The notes: generated by a model from the sequence alone, not told the origin. A stretch of DNA of 63,627 nucleotides, filler included, from Octopus bimaculoides (GCF_001194135.2; 6 parts of 5 records of this genome joined end to end with filler, not necessarily neighbours in it); one strand, 5' to 3'; numbered from the whole stretch's first letter, positions 1 to 13,335 are shown. Translations and numbers: made by a program.

Positions 1-199
1 AGAAGTTAAAAATTTTTTTTGACTAAAACACAACTGGAACCCTAAGTAAGGCATGTGTAAAATTTGAATGAAATTGGTTGCGTAGTTCTCGAGTTTTAGG
101 GATTCACACAGACAGACAGACAGATACACATTCTCATTTTTATATATATAGATTACATATAAATGGGTTTGAGTTTGTGTGTGTGTGTGTGTGCGTGCA

Positions 200-244
<45 letters not shown>

Positions 245-1209
245 TTCTGTATATATCATCATCATTATCATCTAGCATCCACTTTTCCATGCTTGCATGG
301 GTCAGATGAAATTTATCTAGGCAGTTTTTCGTCAGCCAGGTGTCTTTCCTGTCACCAACTCTCACCTGTTTCCAAGCAAAATAATATTCCCCATGGCCTG
401 GCATGTTTTTCTCGGAAAACTGGGAACAAACAACATCAATTCGATGATGGTGATTCTTGTTTACAACCACCATATGATGTCACAACAAGAGTACACAATT
501 GCACACACATATACATACACACACACATGATGGGCTTCTTTCAGTTTCCATCTACCAAATCCACTCACAAGGCTTTGGTCAATTTGGAGCTATAGTAGAA
601 GGTATTTGCCCAAGGTACCATGCATTGGGACTGAACCTGAGACCATATGGTTAGGAAGCAACCTTCTTAACCACACAACATCCATATTACTTGTTGAATC
701 TAGAGGGAGAAGCAGAGGCTATGATCCTTGCAGGCCTTCTGAGGGTCTGATGTTGTTAACATTCTGTTTAAACTGTTGCCAGTGAACACTTGCAGAAAAG
801 GCATGCACATGCAAGAGATCCCAAAGGGTCTTTGATGTTCTGGGGAGAAAGGTCTGGCATGATGATTAGTGTGGGCCTATGGGTAGATGATTGTGGTTGT
901 AGGAGAGGAGACAATACGGTTTAGTAAATGTTAAATTGGGTTTCTTATTTTAAAGTCAGTTTAAGAATGATCACTGGACATATGCTGATGGGTCAGCTCA
1001 GTAATGACTGCTGAGTGAAATGTATTATAAGTTTCATATTAATTGGGACTTTCAAGTTTTGCCTAAGATCTTATTCACTCAATCTGGTTTAATGAGCCAT
1101 TAGTGGGTGAAACTTCAAGACCCAATGAACATAAAATCTATAATATATAGCATTGTGTGCTCATGCATGCGTGTGTGTCAGTATGTCACTTTATGACTTC
1201 AGCTGATGC

Positions 1210-1365
1210 TATGTGGCTGTGTGATAAGAAGATTGATTTCCACCCACATGACTCTAGGTTCAGTCTCTCTGCATGGCACCCTGGGTAAGTGTTTTCTGCT
1301 ATAGCCTTGGGCCGACCAAAACCTTGTGAGTGGATTTGATAGACAGAAACTGAAAGAAGCCCGTC

Positions 1366-1366
<1 letters not shown>
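1210..1366 (+). mobile_element. tRNA-headed SINE (family A) ending at (TA)n
   Basis: GTGGCTGTGTG..GGTTCAGTC..CCTTGTGAGTGGATTTG.TAGACAGAAACTGAAAGAAGCCCGTCG. Other copies at ~530-680 (-), 7685-7825 (-), 16982-17135 (-), 21445-21580 (+), 24698-24850 (-), 26805-26953 (-), 27075-27215 (-), 62925-63010 (-). Confidence 0.8.

Positions 1367-1437
<71 letters not shown>
1367..1437. repeat. (TA)n microsatellite, representative of dozens of (TA)n, (CA)n, (GA)n, (TATG)n and (GATA)n tracts
   Basis: Other long examples: (GA)n 2125-2178 and 36775-36858, (CA)n 30410-30508, (GATA)n 33155-33218. Confidence 0.95.
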
Positions 1438-1439
<2 letters not shown>

Positions 1440-2120
1440 TAATAATACTAAAACTCTAGAGATGTTTGTGTGTACCTGAAATATCTCAGAAATAGTATAT
1501 TTTATCTTAATTTTTTTGCATATTCATTTTCATACTTACCTTCGACAGTGCAGTACAAATTTTTTTGGTATTTGGACCTTTATTTATTAATGGAAACAAT
1601 AATTTTTGTTTATTTCTTGAGGAAAAAACCCCAAAAAATATGGCTTCCATGATGTCAACACACATACAGAATACATATGGCATGTCAATCAACACAAATA
1701 CGCGTGCGCTATCTGTGACATATACACACACATAGACTTCGCGCTCTCTGAGAAAAAAAAACATTGAATTTTTGATGTACACAATATTTTAAGCATTTAG
1801 AAATATTTTTAACTGAATGTGATTTCAAAAATGGAAGTTGTTTGTACAGTAAATATTTATATTTTAGCTTTCTTTAAATGTTGCTTTTTAATTATTTTCA
1901 AGTGAATGGTGATCTTTTGCTTGTCATCTGGAGTTCATTAATTTCTGTAAATAGTTTTTATTTATTTACTTTTATTTTAAAGTGAAAGATGTATGTATGT
2001 GTATATCAAATGGATGTGTGTGTGTATGAAAGAGAGAAAAAGAGAGTGAGTGAAGGGGTGTGTTGTCCATACATCAATACATATGCATACGACTTTTGTA
2101 TGTATGTGTGCGTATGTGTC

Positions 2121-2180
<60 letters not shown>

Positions 2181-2716
2181 TGAGTGAGTGAACATATGTT
2201 CTCATGTATGTGTAAATTACACTTTCTCTCTCTCACTCACACACATACGTCCATACATTTTTTACTTTCTCTTCTTTTTCACATTAAAACAAAATTAAAT
2301 TAATAAAAATTTTTTACGGAAATTAACGAACAAAACCAGCTGACCTGGATGACATTTCTGAGAGTCAAAATGACAGTTCTGAGAGTTAATGTGAAAGATC
2401 ACCCCAAATTTTTTAGAGTGCATTCAACGTATCTCATTGCTAAAGATTTGGCTGCTATTTCTAACATGCCCTGCTACCATGTAACAGCTATTTACGATAA
2501 AGGACCTGAAATACCTGTTGCATAGGGCATGCAAGAAATAGCTAAATCTTTCCTTTTCTGGGGAATTGTGCCTAAGGCCCTGTTCATAGGTGTGGGGATG
2601 AATTCTAGTATATGGACACAGTCAGAACACTGAATACTACATTAATAGCCATGAGTGATCATCTCATATGTGCTTGGTGCATAAAAGCACACGTAGATCA
2701 TATTAGCTGATATTTT

Positions 2717-3850
2717 ACCTCTACTTGGAATTCTTCACTGAACTCGTCGCCAATCCTCACCTTACTGACAGTGTTCCTGTACATGGCTTGCACAGCTCTC
2801 ACTAACCACTCATCTATCCTTAGTTTCCTCATTGACCACCTGATAAGGGAGCGGGGGACACTGTCAAAGGCTTTCTCCATGTGAACGAAAGCCAGGTACA
2901 GAGGTTTATCTTTGGCTAGGTATTTCTCCTGCAGCTGTCTTTTACCAGAAATATAGCATCAGTGGTGCTTTTCTCTGACACGTACCCAAACTGCATCTCA
3001 TCTAAACTGACTCGCTCCCTAATTAGTTGGGCTATGACCCTCTCCATGACTTTCGTTACCTGATCCAACAACTTGATACCTCTGTAATTATTTGTATCTA
3101 AAGTGTCACCTTTACCTTTGTAGCAGTTGACTATGGTGCTGCTACACCAATCATTGGGTATGATTCCTTCGTGTATCACCTGGTTAACAATACGGGTGAC
3201 TAGGCTATAGCCAACACTGCCAGATATTTTGAGCATCTCTGCAGGGATTCCGGATGGGCTGGGGGCTTTCCCTGTCTTCATACTCTTAATTGCTTTATCT
3301 ACCATGGTACTGTCAACTCGGATAGCTGGTCCCTCTGTTGGGTTGACATTCGGCAGACTCTCTTTCTCCCATTCATTCTCTTTATTGAGCAATCTATCAT
3401 AGTGGCATCTCCAGACCTCTCTCTTTGCAACCATATTTAGTGCAAGTGAACCATCATCCATGTGGACACATTTCTCTTCTACGACATCATGATTCTCTCT
3501 CACACACTGTCTTGCAATACGAAATACCTCAAGTCTTTGGTCCTCATGGCGCAGAACATTGGCAAATTTTTTCTTATCTGCTTCCCCTCTGGCTAAATAA
3601 ACCTGTTGCCTAGTTTCCATTCTGGCAGTCTGATACAATTCCCTTCTACCACTGTCCTTCCAGTCCTTCCAAGTCTGTTTCTTTTGTTTAATAGCCCTGT
3701 CAACAACATTGTTTCACCACAACGTTATCTTGGGTCGAGAGGGGACTTTGCACCATCCACAGATCTGGCCAGTGTCTCTCAGCAGGTTGTCCTGTAGAAA
3801 CCTCCAGTTGTCTTCTACATCGCATGAAGCTATATCCCCTTCTATTTCAG
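2717..3850 (-). mobile_element. RTE-clade LINE fragment (linker and RT N-terminal half), frameshifted
   Basis: GKAPSPSGIPAEMLK, WCSSTIVNCYKGKGD, NYRGIKLL, QFG, STTDAIF, LAFVHMEKAFDSVPRSLIRW. Confidence 0.9.
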
Positions 3851-4425
3851 CCAGTCGTCTGCACTTTGTCGCCATCCTGGTAATGTGCACTTGGAAAGAG
3901 GTATCATTACTCATGTTGATACCCAGGTCCCTCACTGATTTAGGCTCTGGGATTGTAATTCCCTGAAGACCAGTGTATCCTATAAGTGTTATATTCAGTT
4001 TTGGATGCTGGTAGTGCAAGGCTTGGAATTTTTCAGCATTAAACTGCATATTATTGTCCTCAGCCCATCTGTAAATTGAGTCCAACTCCTGCTGTAGATG
4101 TGCAGCATTGCTGGGGTTTTGTATTTTCTGCAAGACTTTTGTATCATCTGCATAGCTAGCAAGGGTGTCTACCCAGGCAGCTGAGGGCATATCTGAGAAG
4201 TCACCATGGAAAACAGTGGTCCCAAGACAGTGCCCTGCGGAACGCCGCTCACTTTGGTTTTTGCTAGGTTTTCTTTGAGGTGGCTCCATTGGCCACTACT
4301 GCCTGACTTTTGTATCTTTCTATCTCCAAGTTTTCCAGGTATGCCAAGATCATGCAGTTTGTGGCATATCATACTATGATTCATTTTATCAAAAGGTTTT
4401 GCAAAATCAACATATATTATTTGCT
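3851..4425 (-). mobile_element. CR1-group LINE reverse transcriptase fragment with internal deletions
   Basis: IYVDFAKPFDKMNH, SGVPQGTVLGPLF, YADDTKV, LQQELDSIYRWAEDNNMQFNAEKF, VRDLGINM. Confidence 0.85.
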
Positions 4426-5177
4426 CTTTGATCCTAAGTTTGCAAACCACCACCACCAACAACTGATAATGGATTTCTTAAAAGAAAGTTGAGTAAATGA
4501 AGTCAACAAAACCAAACCCATGGAAATAATGGTGCTGTGGCCTGAATGTGTTTGTAATGTTCACTATAAAGTTTTATATACTAGAAGAATTTGCCTGCCG
4601 TACTTGTTATTTTGTGTTAATGAAGTGAGTAGGTAATTAGTACCTATATTCATAAATGGATTGAGGTATAATCTATGAAAACAAAGGAAGGGGTTAGACC
4701 CTGACATTAACAGTTGTAGTATTTTACTAGAAATTTTCTCTTAGAGAATTTTCAGCCTCTTTTGTGCTGTACCAGTCATTATATTTCAGAGTGACCATGC
4801 TCCTAGATAGGTTGCTTTTGCCGCAGTCATAGAAGCCACATCTTTTTGAAGGTAGCTCTTTGTATTAGTAGAATAAGAGTAGATTAACAGTTTTGTGAAG
4901 CTACAAGGCAGTTGGTTTGTGAATGAGGCAGCATTTTAGCTATGAGGCAATACTGGAAATGGCAATGGTAGTGTTTGTGGAAGTGACAGAGATGAAGTAT
5001 CAGAAGCAGTAATGGTTTCGATGGTGGTAGAAGTTGTGGTAGTGATACTAATAGTAATTGATGCAGTGGTGTTGGGAGATGATAATTATGGTAGTAGTGG
5101 TGGTGGTAGATGATAATTGTGATAGTAGTGGTGGCAATGTTAATGTTGATGTTAATGTGTATATTTCTATTTACCAG

Positions 5178-5276
5178 TTGCACTAAAGATTGGAGCCAAG
5201 AAAAACTACCAGCAACATCTGTGATTATAACATTCCATAACGAAGCCCGATCAGCATTATTACGCACTGTGATAAG
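5178..5276 (+). CDS. GALNT2: Internal coding exon (99 nt, phase 2/2) of a polypeptide N-acetylgalactosaminyltransferase, GALNT2/pgant2-like
   Basis: Acceptor atttctatttaccag and donor gtaaga. Translates as [32 protein letters not shown], matching the remembered human GALNT2 segment [24 protein letters not shown], with the same exon length and phases. It is absent from the ORF track, whose 4884-5345 minus ORF is its antisense shadow. Confidence 0.93.
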
Positions 5277-8200
5277 GTAAGAGATTTTGGTACCAGTTAC
5301 GTAAATGGTGTTTAGGGCAATAATGTCCAGTAATTCTGAATCCAAAGTAAAAATGAGATTTATGAATTACTAAAACTTATAGGCCGGTGGGGGGTAATTC
5401 ATGATTTTTATCACTCATTTCAAAATGATTTCTATCAATCATAATGCAGAAATTTTTATGTATTTCCATTGTATGCATTTTTTCGGTTTGCTATAAGTTG
5501 AAATGGAATTTGCTGTTCTTAATTATCCCCCAAAGTACCATTAACCATAACTCAGTCAGGCTGCTGTATTTGAATTTGAATCCAAAAGAGAAATCGGTTA
5601 ATGTTATTTTAGAGATGTGAGATAGTAACTAGTGTTCTGGTATGTTCTTGTCAAAGTGAATTACATCACCTGCTTTTCATGTCCCTGTTTTTACATCCAC
5701 TGCTTTTGATCTCGGGGAAAGTCATGAACTTTTCCATTTTCTTGCCTTTACATGCTTATTTCAGAAATGGTTATAATGCACATCTAAACAGCTGGAATTC
5801 TCTATCTCTGCAGTTATTGTAAGAACATAAAAACATTTGCTTTGTAGATTTGACTTGAAAACTGTCTCTGTATAATCTTACACAGTGACAGGGGACTTTG
5901 AGTTGCATCTAATATGGATTGCAACAAATCTGATAAGACTAACGAAGATCTAATAAAAATATATTCCAAAGAATTTGTTTGAAAACCAGACCACCAAATG
6001 TGTTGAAAGAGATGTTATAGGGTGGTGCTGTTGTGTAAGGAATTAGTATGTGTAGAAGTCTGTTATATTGCAAAACTATCAGTATAGGAAAAATCAAAGG
6101 TAAAGCTGCAGTTGATGGTTTCTATAAAATGTAAGCTATCACATAATATATACATGGCAAACTTTCTTAATACTAGCTTTACACTTGTGCACTGGCAGAT
6201 AAGAACTTTATAATAAAATAAACAAATAGGTGCAAACATACAGTGAAGACAACCACTGCATATTTCATACAAATAATAACTGAATTGAAGCATCTCCCAT
6301 ATACATGGTAATAAGAAAATATTTGACCGTGCAGCCCCCAGTTCTATAAAGGTATATTAATATCATTGCTGCTACTGCTGATGCTTTTGCTACCACATTT
6401 TCTGTGCTAGTATGGATTGGATGCGGTAGTTTTTTTGTGGTCAGATAACAATTCTTGCTGAGACAGACACACACACACATACACACACACCTTATAAGAA
6501 AATTTGGTTTACAGAAATTGGTAGAAACCTGTTGTATGTGTGTATATGTATGCACGTGTACACATGCACATATATACTTGGTAAGACTCACCTATCACAA
6601 TAAAAATAAGGCTTTAAAAGCAATATGTTTATGCCCCAGCACTTAGTCTGTGCCAGTCAAGCATTTTGCCACCTCTCATCTTTCTAACACTCATCCCGCC
6701 ATCACTCTTCAAACAATGGCACTGTTCAGCTGCTGTAATTGTAAGACAACAGAAGCTGTAAATATTTCTTCCTGTTTGTGCAACAAGTTACCACCTTTCT
6801 ACCTCCCTGGAAACACTTCCTTTAGCATCCATCTCTCATTCTCCATATCATCTCTTTCCACTTTATTTTCCTCTGATTAATGTTTTCTATCTTCTTAGTA
6901 TCTCACTCTCTTCTCTGAGGTACATCTTAAGACTACCTTACCTAATCTTTAATATTCTTTTGTATCTCCTATCATTCGCAGCACCATCTCATATCTGCTG
7001 TTGATGCCCCCCCTCCCACCTTTGTTCCCAGTCAATTTTTCCACTGATTAAAGGAAATTAGAAGATGGATGTTAAATAATAATTTTGATGATTTTGTGTG
7101 TGTGTGTAATAGAGAGAGAGATATAGAGAGAGAGATAACTATGCTTATCTGTGGTAGCAAATGATGTCTTCGCTATTGTGGCTCATTCAAAACTATCAGG
7201 CAATAACTGGTGATATTTGTTGAGATTTCCTGTCAGCAAATCGTCTGTAAGTTGTGCACTTTTGAATTCCTCTGAAATGACAAAAAAAAAAAAATCCCTT
7301 AAAAAATAGGTAGAGATTGGTGACATGAAGATCATTTGGTCATAAAAATCCTGCCTCCATTTTCTCTTGTCTAAGCCATACTAGCATGGAAAAAAACCCC
7401 CAGTTATATAATGAAACTATTTAATGTAAACTTTTCCATGCTTGTATGAGTCATATGGAATTTATTAAGACAGATTCTGTACAGCTAGATGCTCTTCTTG
7501 TTGCCAACCCTTACTTGTTGCCAAACAAGGTTTTCCTATGGCCAGACATATTTTTCATGGAAAACTGGAAATGAACAGTCTTGCTTGTATGATGATGATG
7601 ATGGTCATTTACAGTCATCACCTGATGTCTAAACAAGGGTATATGCACATGCACTCACACATGCACATGAACACACCTATCTATGAATATGACTGGCTTC
7701 TATCAGTTTCTGTCAACCAGATTCACTTATAAGGTTTCGGTTGGTCTTGTCAAAGGTGGCGTACTGTGAGATTGAACCTAAGACCTCCTGGCTGAGGAAT
7801 AAGCTTCATAACGACACAGCCACATGTATGTATGTATGTATGTATGTATGTATGTATCTATCTATCTATAATATGCATGCGTGTGTGTGTGTGTGTGTGT
7901 ACACATACATGCACACACTCTTCATGGTCTTACCAAGGACATAATGACCTGAAAAGGACCATGTATACTCTTAAAGTTGTTGCTGGAACCAAAAATGAAA
8001 CATTCAAGCCAGACATGGTCCTCCCACTCATTCCGAGAGCACTGACTCCCAATAAGTAATGGCTCAGACACTGATAGATCTTCCACTCCAGCCATGCCAG
8101 CAGGAGAAACAGAAAAAAAAAATAATGATGATAATGATGGTGCTGATGTATGCACCTGTGATGATATATATATCAGTCTCACATGAAGTATTTTTGGTTC

Positions 8201-8358
8201 AGAGATATGTAAGTCATTAATATGTTATGAGAAAATTTAATCACTGCTAATTATTTTATTAGGATAACATGAAATTTATCATTAGTGTATCAGCTGTTTC
8301 ACAAGTGTGTGTCTGTACCTCTCTCTCATTCTATCCCATCTCTCTCTCTTTTTCCTCT

Positions 8359-8435
<77 letters not shown>

Positions 8436-8992
8436 GTATACATAGACATATGTAAACATCTGACCATGGGCTCATATGTGAGAGAGAGTGAACACTAATA
8501 ATGTGTTAGAACAACTCCATCAATGATATGTGGTATTTCATCAATGACTGTGTTCCAGTAATGATACAGGGTACTTTTACGAAGAATATATGGTTGTGTT
8601 CCAACAGTAGTATAGAGAGAAAAATGTAAATTATTAAACACACATACGTACGCACACACATACTGTGCTTGTGTTTTTGTGTGTATATATGTGTGTGTGG
8701 GTCTCTCTCTCCCAGGGGGAGAGAGAGAGAGAGAGAGAGAGAATGTGTGTGTGTGAATGTACATATATATAAAATGTATCGGTTAATGTTCTGTTAATAG
8801 GTAGGATCAAAAATAAAAGAAGTACTGCAGCCAGCAAGAGATAAATACCATTTAATATACATCAGATTTGAAATCAAGTCACTTTAAGATTCATGCTTAC
8901 GATAGTAATATCATTGGGTGAACTTGTATAACATGGCATGTACTGTTGGGCAATATTCCAAACTCCCCCCTCTCTCTCTCTCTTTCTCTCTT

Positions 8993-9026
<34 letters not shown>

Positions 9027-9174
9027 CCCCCCCCTCTCTCTCTCTCTCTATATATATATATATCATCATCATCATCATCGTTTAACGTCCGCTTTCCATG
9101 CTAGCATGGGTTGGACGATTTGACTGAGGACTGGCAAGCCAGAAGGCTGTGTGTATATCTATATATAATGATTG

Positions 9175-10500
9175 GCATCTGTTGGTCTCAGAAGACCATG
9201 GATCTGCTGATGGTGGTACAGCATCTGCTGTAGCTGTACAGGCCTACACAGGAGTGGCAGTCTTGCATGCAGTGACTACATCTGAAGATGCTTTCCACTG
9301 GTGCTCTTGAGTTTTCTTTCTTTGAGCATGCTTTTCTTCAATGACAAGTTTGAGTCTCTCTTCCCCTCACTCTATCCCCTTGCATAGCACTTGTTTCCAG
9401 CATGGTTGATCATTTTCTCCCATCTCACAACTTCCACATCTATTGACTTCATATCTCTCTTGCATACATCCTTGAAACAGAGATGAGGTTATCCTTGTGC
9501 ACGTGTTGGTAGCCAGTTCCCCATATAGGAGGTCTTTTAGGATCCTCCTGTTTGGCATACAGTATACATACCAAGCCAACACAGGTGGTACTGTTGGAGC
9601 AGGGTGAATATGGTGGGTGTCTTGGTATGGTTGAGGACTTCAGTGTTGGTGACTCAATCGGTCCACTTGATATCCAAGATGTGTCTTGGGCTACAAAGGT
9701 GGAAGATGTTGAGACGATGCTCCTGCCTGGAGTAGAGGCACCATGTTTTGCTGCTGTAAAGAAGTGTGCTGAGGACACTTGCTTTGTTGACAACATTCTT
9801 AGTGTTTGTGGTCAGTTTTCTGTTCTTCCAGACACTTTTTGTCAGCCTGGCAAATGTGGAGGGTGCCTGTCCAACTTGCCTGCTGATTTCATGGTCCAAG
9901 GAGAGATTATCAGTGATGATACAACCGAGCTAGGTGAACTCATGGACTAACTCCAACTTGTAGTTGGTGAAGGTGGCAGGGTGCTTGACACCTTGGCCCA
10001 GTACATTGGGTTTTCTTCAAGCTGAGTTCCTGGCAGACCCTTGAGAGTTTGTTCACAAGGTACTGCATTTGTTCCTCAGTGTCCTGTCAATGCTGTGTTG
10101 TCTGCAAACATAATTTCTCTGAGTAATTGACAAACCCTGGATTTTGCTTTCAGCTTTGACTGACTAAACAGTTTCCTGCCTGATCTAGTATGGAGGTAGA
10201 CATCATCAGTTCACATTCCAAATGCATGTTTCAATATGACTGCAAAAAGATGCCAAACAGGATGGGAACAAGCACACAGTCCTGCTTCACACTGCTGCAT
10301 ATGTTGAATGCCTCTGAAGAAGAGCTATCAAATTGAATGACACCTTTCATATCCACATGGAACAATTGGACTGTCCTGAGGAGTCTTGGAGGACAGCCAT
10401 TCTTGACCTACTAAGTAGGTCGAAAGCCTTTGTGAGGTCAATGAAGGTGATATAGAGTGGTTGCTTTTGTTTTTGGCACTTCTGTAGCTGTCAGAGAGAA
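9175..10500 (-). mobile_element. RTE-BovB-like LINE, 3' ~1.3 kb, degenerate
   Basis: FIDLTKAFD, MFAD, FARLTKSVWKNRKLTTNTK, VLSTLLYSSKTW, KDLLYGEL and a C-terminal Cys motif FRCSHCMQDCHSCVGLYSYSRC. Confidence 0.85.
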
Positions 10501-11689
10501 AAAATGTCAGTTGTAGAGTGTTCTAACCTGAAACCACATATATATCTATCTTGCGGGTATTTGGTAAGAGCATTGGTCAATATAAAGACCTTCACCCGGG
10601 AACAAAAAAAAAAATTAACCAGCCTGGGGGGTGTTAACAAGTGTGTGGAAAACGAATATGAAAAAAAAAATGCGCGCTGACGGCCCTGGGGGTGGGGAGG
10701 GGACTTTTGGAAAATCCACAAGATCTGATTTTTCTGTCATAACTTCAGATAAAATGGATGTATATTGATTTTTTTTTTACGGAATCCCACATTTTTGGTT
10801 ATGGAGGATCCGATTCTGAAAAAAAAAAATGTTCAAAANNNNNNNNNNNNNNNNNNNNNNNNNNNNNNNNNNNNNNNNNNNNNNNNNNNNNNNNNNNNNN
10901 NNNNNNNNNNNNNNNNNNNNNNNNNNNNNNNNNNNNNNNNNNNNNNNNNNNNNNNNNNNNNNNNNNNNNNNNNNNNNNNNNNNNNNNNNNNNNNNNNNNN
11001 NNNNNNNNNNNNNNNNNNNNNNNNNNNNNNNNNNNNNNNNNNNNNNNNNNNNNNNNNNNNNNNNNNNNNNNNNNNNNNNNNNNNNNNNNNNNNNNNNNNN
11101 NNNNNNNNNNNNNNNNNNNNNNNNNNNNNNNNNNNNNNNNNNNNNNNNNNNNNNNNNNNNNNNNNNNNNNNNNNNNNNNNNNNNNNNNNNNNNNNNNNNN
11201 NNNNNNNNNNNNNNNNNNNNNNNNNNNNNNNNNNNNNNNNNNNNNNNNNNNNNNNNNNNNNNNNNNNNNNNNNNNNNNNNNNNNNNNNNNNNNNNNNNNN
11301 NNNNNNNNNNNNNNNNNNNNNNNNNNNNNNNNNNNNNNNNNNNNNNNNNNNNNNNNNNNNNNNNNNNNNNNNNNNNNNNNNNNNNNNNNNNNNNNNNNNN
11401 NNNNNNNNNNNNNNNNNNNNNNNNNNNNNNNNNNNNNNNNNNNNNNNNNNNNNNNNNNNNNNNNNNNNNNNNNNNNNNNNNNNNNNNNNNNNNNNNNNNN
11501 NNNNNNNNNNNNNNNNNNNNNNNNNNNNNNNNNNNNNNNNNNNNNNNNNNNNNNNNNNNNNNNNNNNNNNNNNNNNNNNNNNNNNNNNNNNNNNNNNNNN
11601 NNNNNNNNNNNNNNNNNNNNNNNNNNNNNNNNNNNNNNNNNNNNNNNNNNNNNNNNNNNNNNNNNNNNNNNNNNNNNNNNNNNNNNGTT

Positions 11690-11965
11690 GTGAGTGTTTA
11701 TTGAGCGATAACACCTAAAGCTCCACGAGGCTCCGGCAGGGGATGGTGGCGAACCCTGCTGTACTCTTTCACTACAACTTTCTCTCACTCTTACTTCCTA
11801 TTTCTGTTGTGCCTGTAATTCAAAGGGTCAGCCGAGAACTACATTAAGGGCACACGTGTCTGTGGAGTGCTCAGCCACTTGCACGTTAATTTTACGAGCA
11901 GACTGTTCCGTTGATCGGATCAACTGGAACCCTCGACGTCGTAAGCGACGGAGTGCCAGCAACGA
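11690..11965 (+). mobile_element. SINE family D copy with a ~28-bp internal deletion; 5' part in gap
   Basis: Near-identical to the 15462 and 53975 copies; the segment between GTCAGCC and GAGAAC is missing. Confidence 0.85.
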
Positions 11966-12699
11966 AGACTAAGAAAACGTGTTGATGACATTAATGGCAG
12001 TTGTTGGGGGCCATGGTAGTAGTGGTGGTGGTAAAAGTACTAGCAGTATAGTTTTGGGCAAATAACTTTCACTAACAGCAGCGACAACAGTATTAAGAAC
12101 AATATTAAACTGGTGTCAAGAAAGAGGGCAGGGATGGTGGTGTTGTCATGGCTGCTTTATATTGGTTTTGCAGATGTTAAGTTGTAATATGGTATTTTAT
12201 ACTGACGGTAGTAAATACTGATTCTGTGTGTGTCTATGCATTGCTGTGTGTGAATGTGTGTGCGTATCTTTGTATGTTTGTATATGTATGTATATGTGTG
12301 TTTCTATGTGCATGTGTGTTTTTTTTTGTGTGTGCGTGTATGTATGTAAATTTATGTATGTCCTTGAGCGAGCTTTTCATTTCATAGTGCGCCGGTCTTC
12401 TCAGCTAAAAATAAGTACCAACCAGTTGACGGTGCAGTCCTCTCTCCTTCCAGCTGTCACATCTTTGATGCTCCCTTGGGGCAAGGATAATGGGACTGAG
12501 GTGTCTACATCTGCTTCTGACTACAGAGGTACCTAAAACAGCAAAAGCATGGTACATGTTATCAAGCCTGTGTGCAGATATATGTTTGCTTGTGTGGGTT
12601 GACATGTAAGAGTGTTTATGCCTGCTTATGTATGTATATGTTTGCATGTTATGTATGAGTGTGTGTGTATGCCTGTTTCTTTGTATGTGTAGGTTTGTA

Positions 12700-13335
12700 G
12701 GATCTTGTTCAAAACGGGGGTACCAGTATTTTCTTAACGAAACACTTTGAAACTTGGGACACTGGTAGAATGTGTCATATAAAACATCTTTTACTCTTAG
12801 TCTTCTTAACAAAAAAACCTACATCGCAAGTTATTTCATGTTAAAGTTGTCGTATTTCTGTAATTTCAACCAATCACTGACGTCTATTCAGCTGAATAGA
12901 GTTACTGCTGGCCGGTCATAAAAATGTTATTCCCTGTGATATATTTCATCCTGTTTAATCGTAATTTATACGCATATATTGTTTATATAATAAATTACGC
13001 TGTGCGGATCTATGTGTGTAACAATTTTAGAGTTCGGATTCTAGAGTTAGGGTTAGTTTTAAGGTTAGGGTTAGGGTTGAAATGTCAGAACTAACGGGGA
13101 TTAATACGATATACACCGTTACAGTGCTAACTGTTTTCAACTGAATAGACGTCAGTGATTAGTAGAAATTATCGAAATAAGACAATTTTTTACATGAAAT
13201 AAATTCGAATACAAAAATTTTTTTCTGTTCTATAACACAAAATAGATAAGTATACGAAGTTTGAAAGTCTTTTGGTACCAAAAACACTACATAAAACATA
13301 AATGAAAACTGGTGACCCCGTTTTGAAATAGATCC
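12700..13335. mobile_element. Foldback MITE with ~200-bp degenerate inverted arms and central TTAGGG-like repeats
   Basis: Termini GGATCTTGTTCAAAACGGGGGTACCAGT / ACTGGTGACCCCGTTTTGAAATAGATCC; inner IR AATCACTGACGTCTATTCAG / CTGAATAGACGTCAGTGATT; GTTAGGGTTAG..GGTTAGGGTTAGGGTT at 13046-13078. Confidence 0.85.

Noticed and set aside
4884-5345. 153-aa minus ORF with a DUF11-like look ([17 protein letters not shown])
   Set aside because: It is the antisense shadow of the GALNT2 exon plus low-complexity sequence.
5972-6020. LKTRPPNVLKEML, resembling the next GALNT exon (LKKSPPHLIKEII)
   Set aside because: It stops (TAG) where LVDD must follow, has a weak acceptor and no donor; probably chance.
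5175-6343. Minus-strand three-exon chain (6343-6242, 6121-5944, 5335-5175) with GT-AG sites and an open frame
   Set aside because: The product resembles no protein I know, overlaps the GALNT2 exon antisense, and was assembled post hoc from abundant AG/GT sites. Only stranded RNA-seq could rescue it.
10600-10838. Odd homopolymer- and G-rich stretch
   Set aside because: Contig edge next to a gap with the look of low-quality read sequence.
10758-11788. Long ORFs in the track containing X runs, and CV/YI/SL/HT-repeat ORFs throughout
   Set aside because: Products of N gaps and microsatellites.
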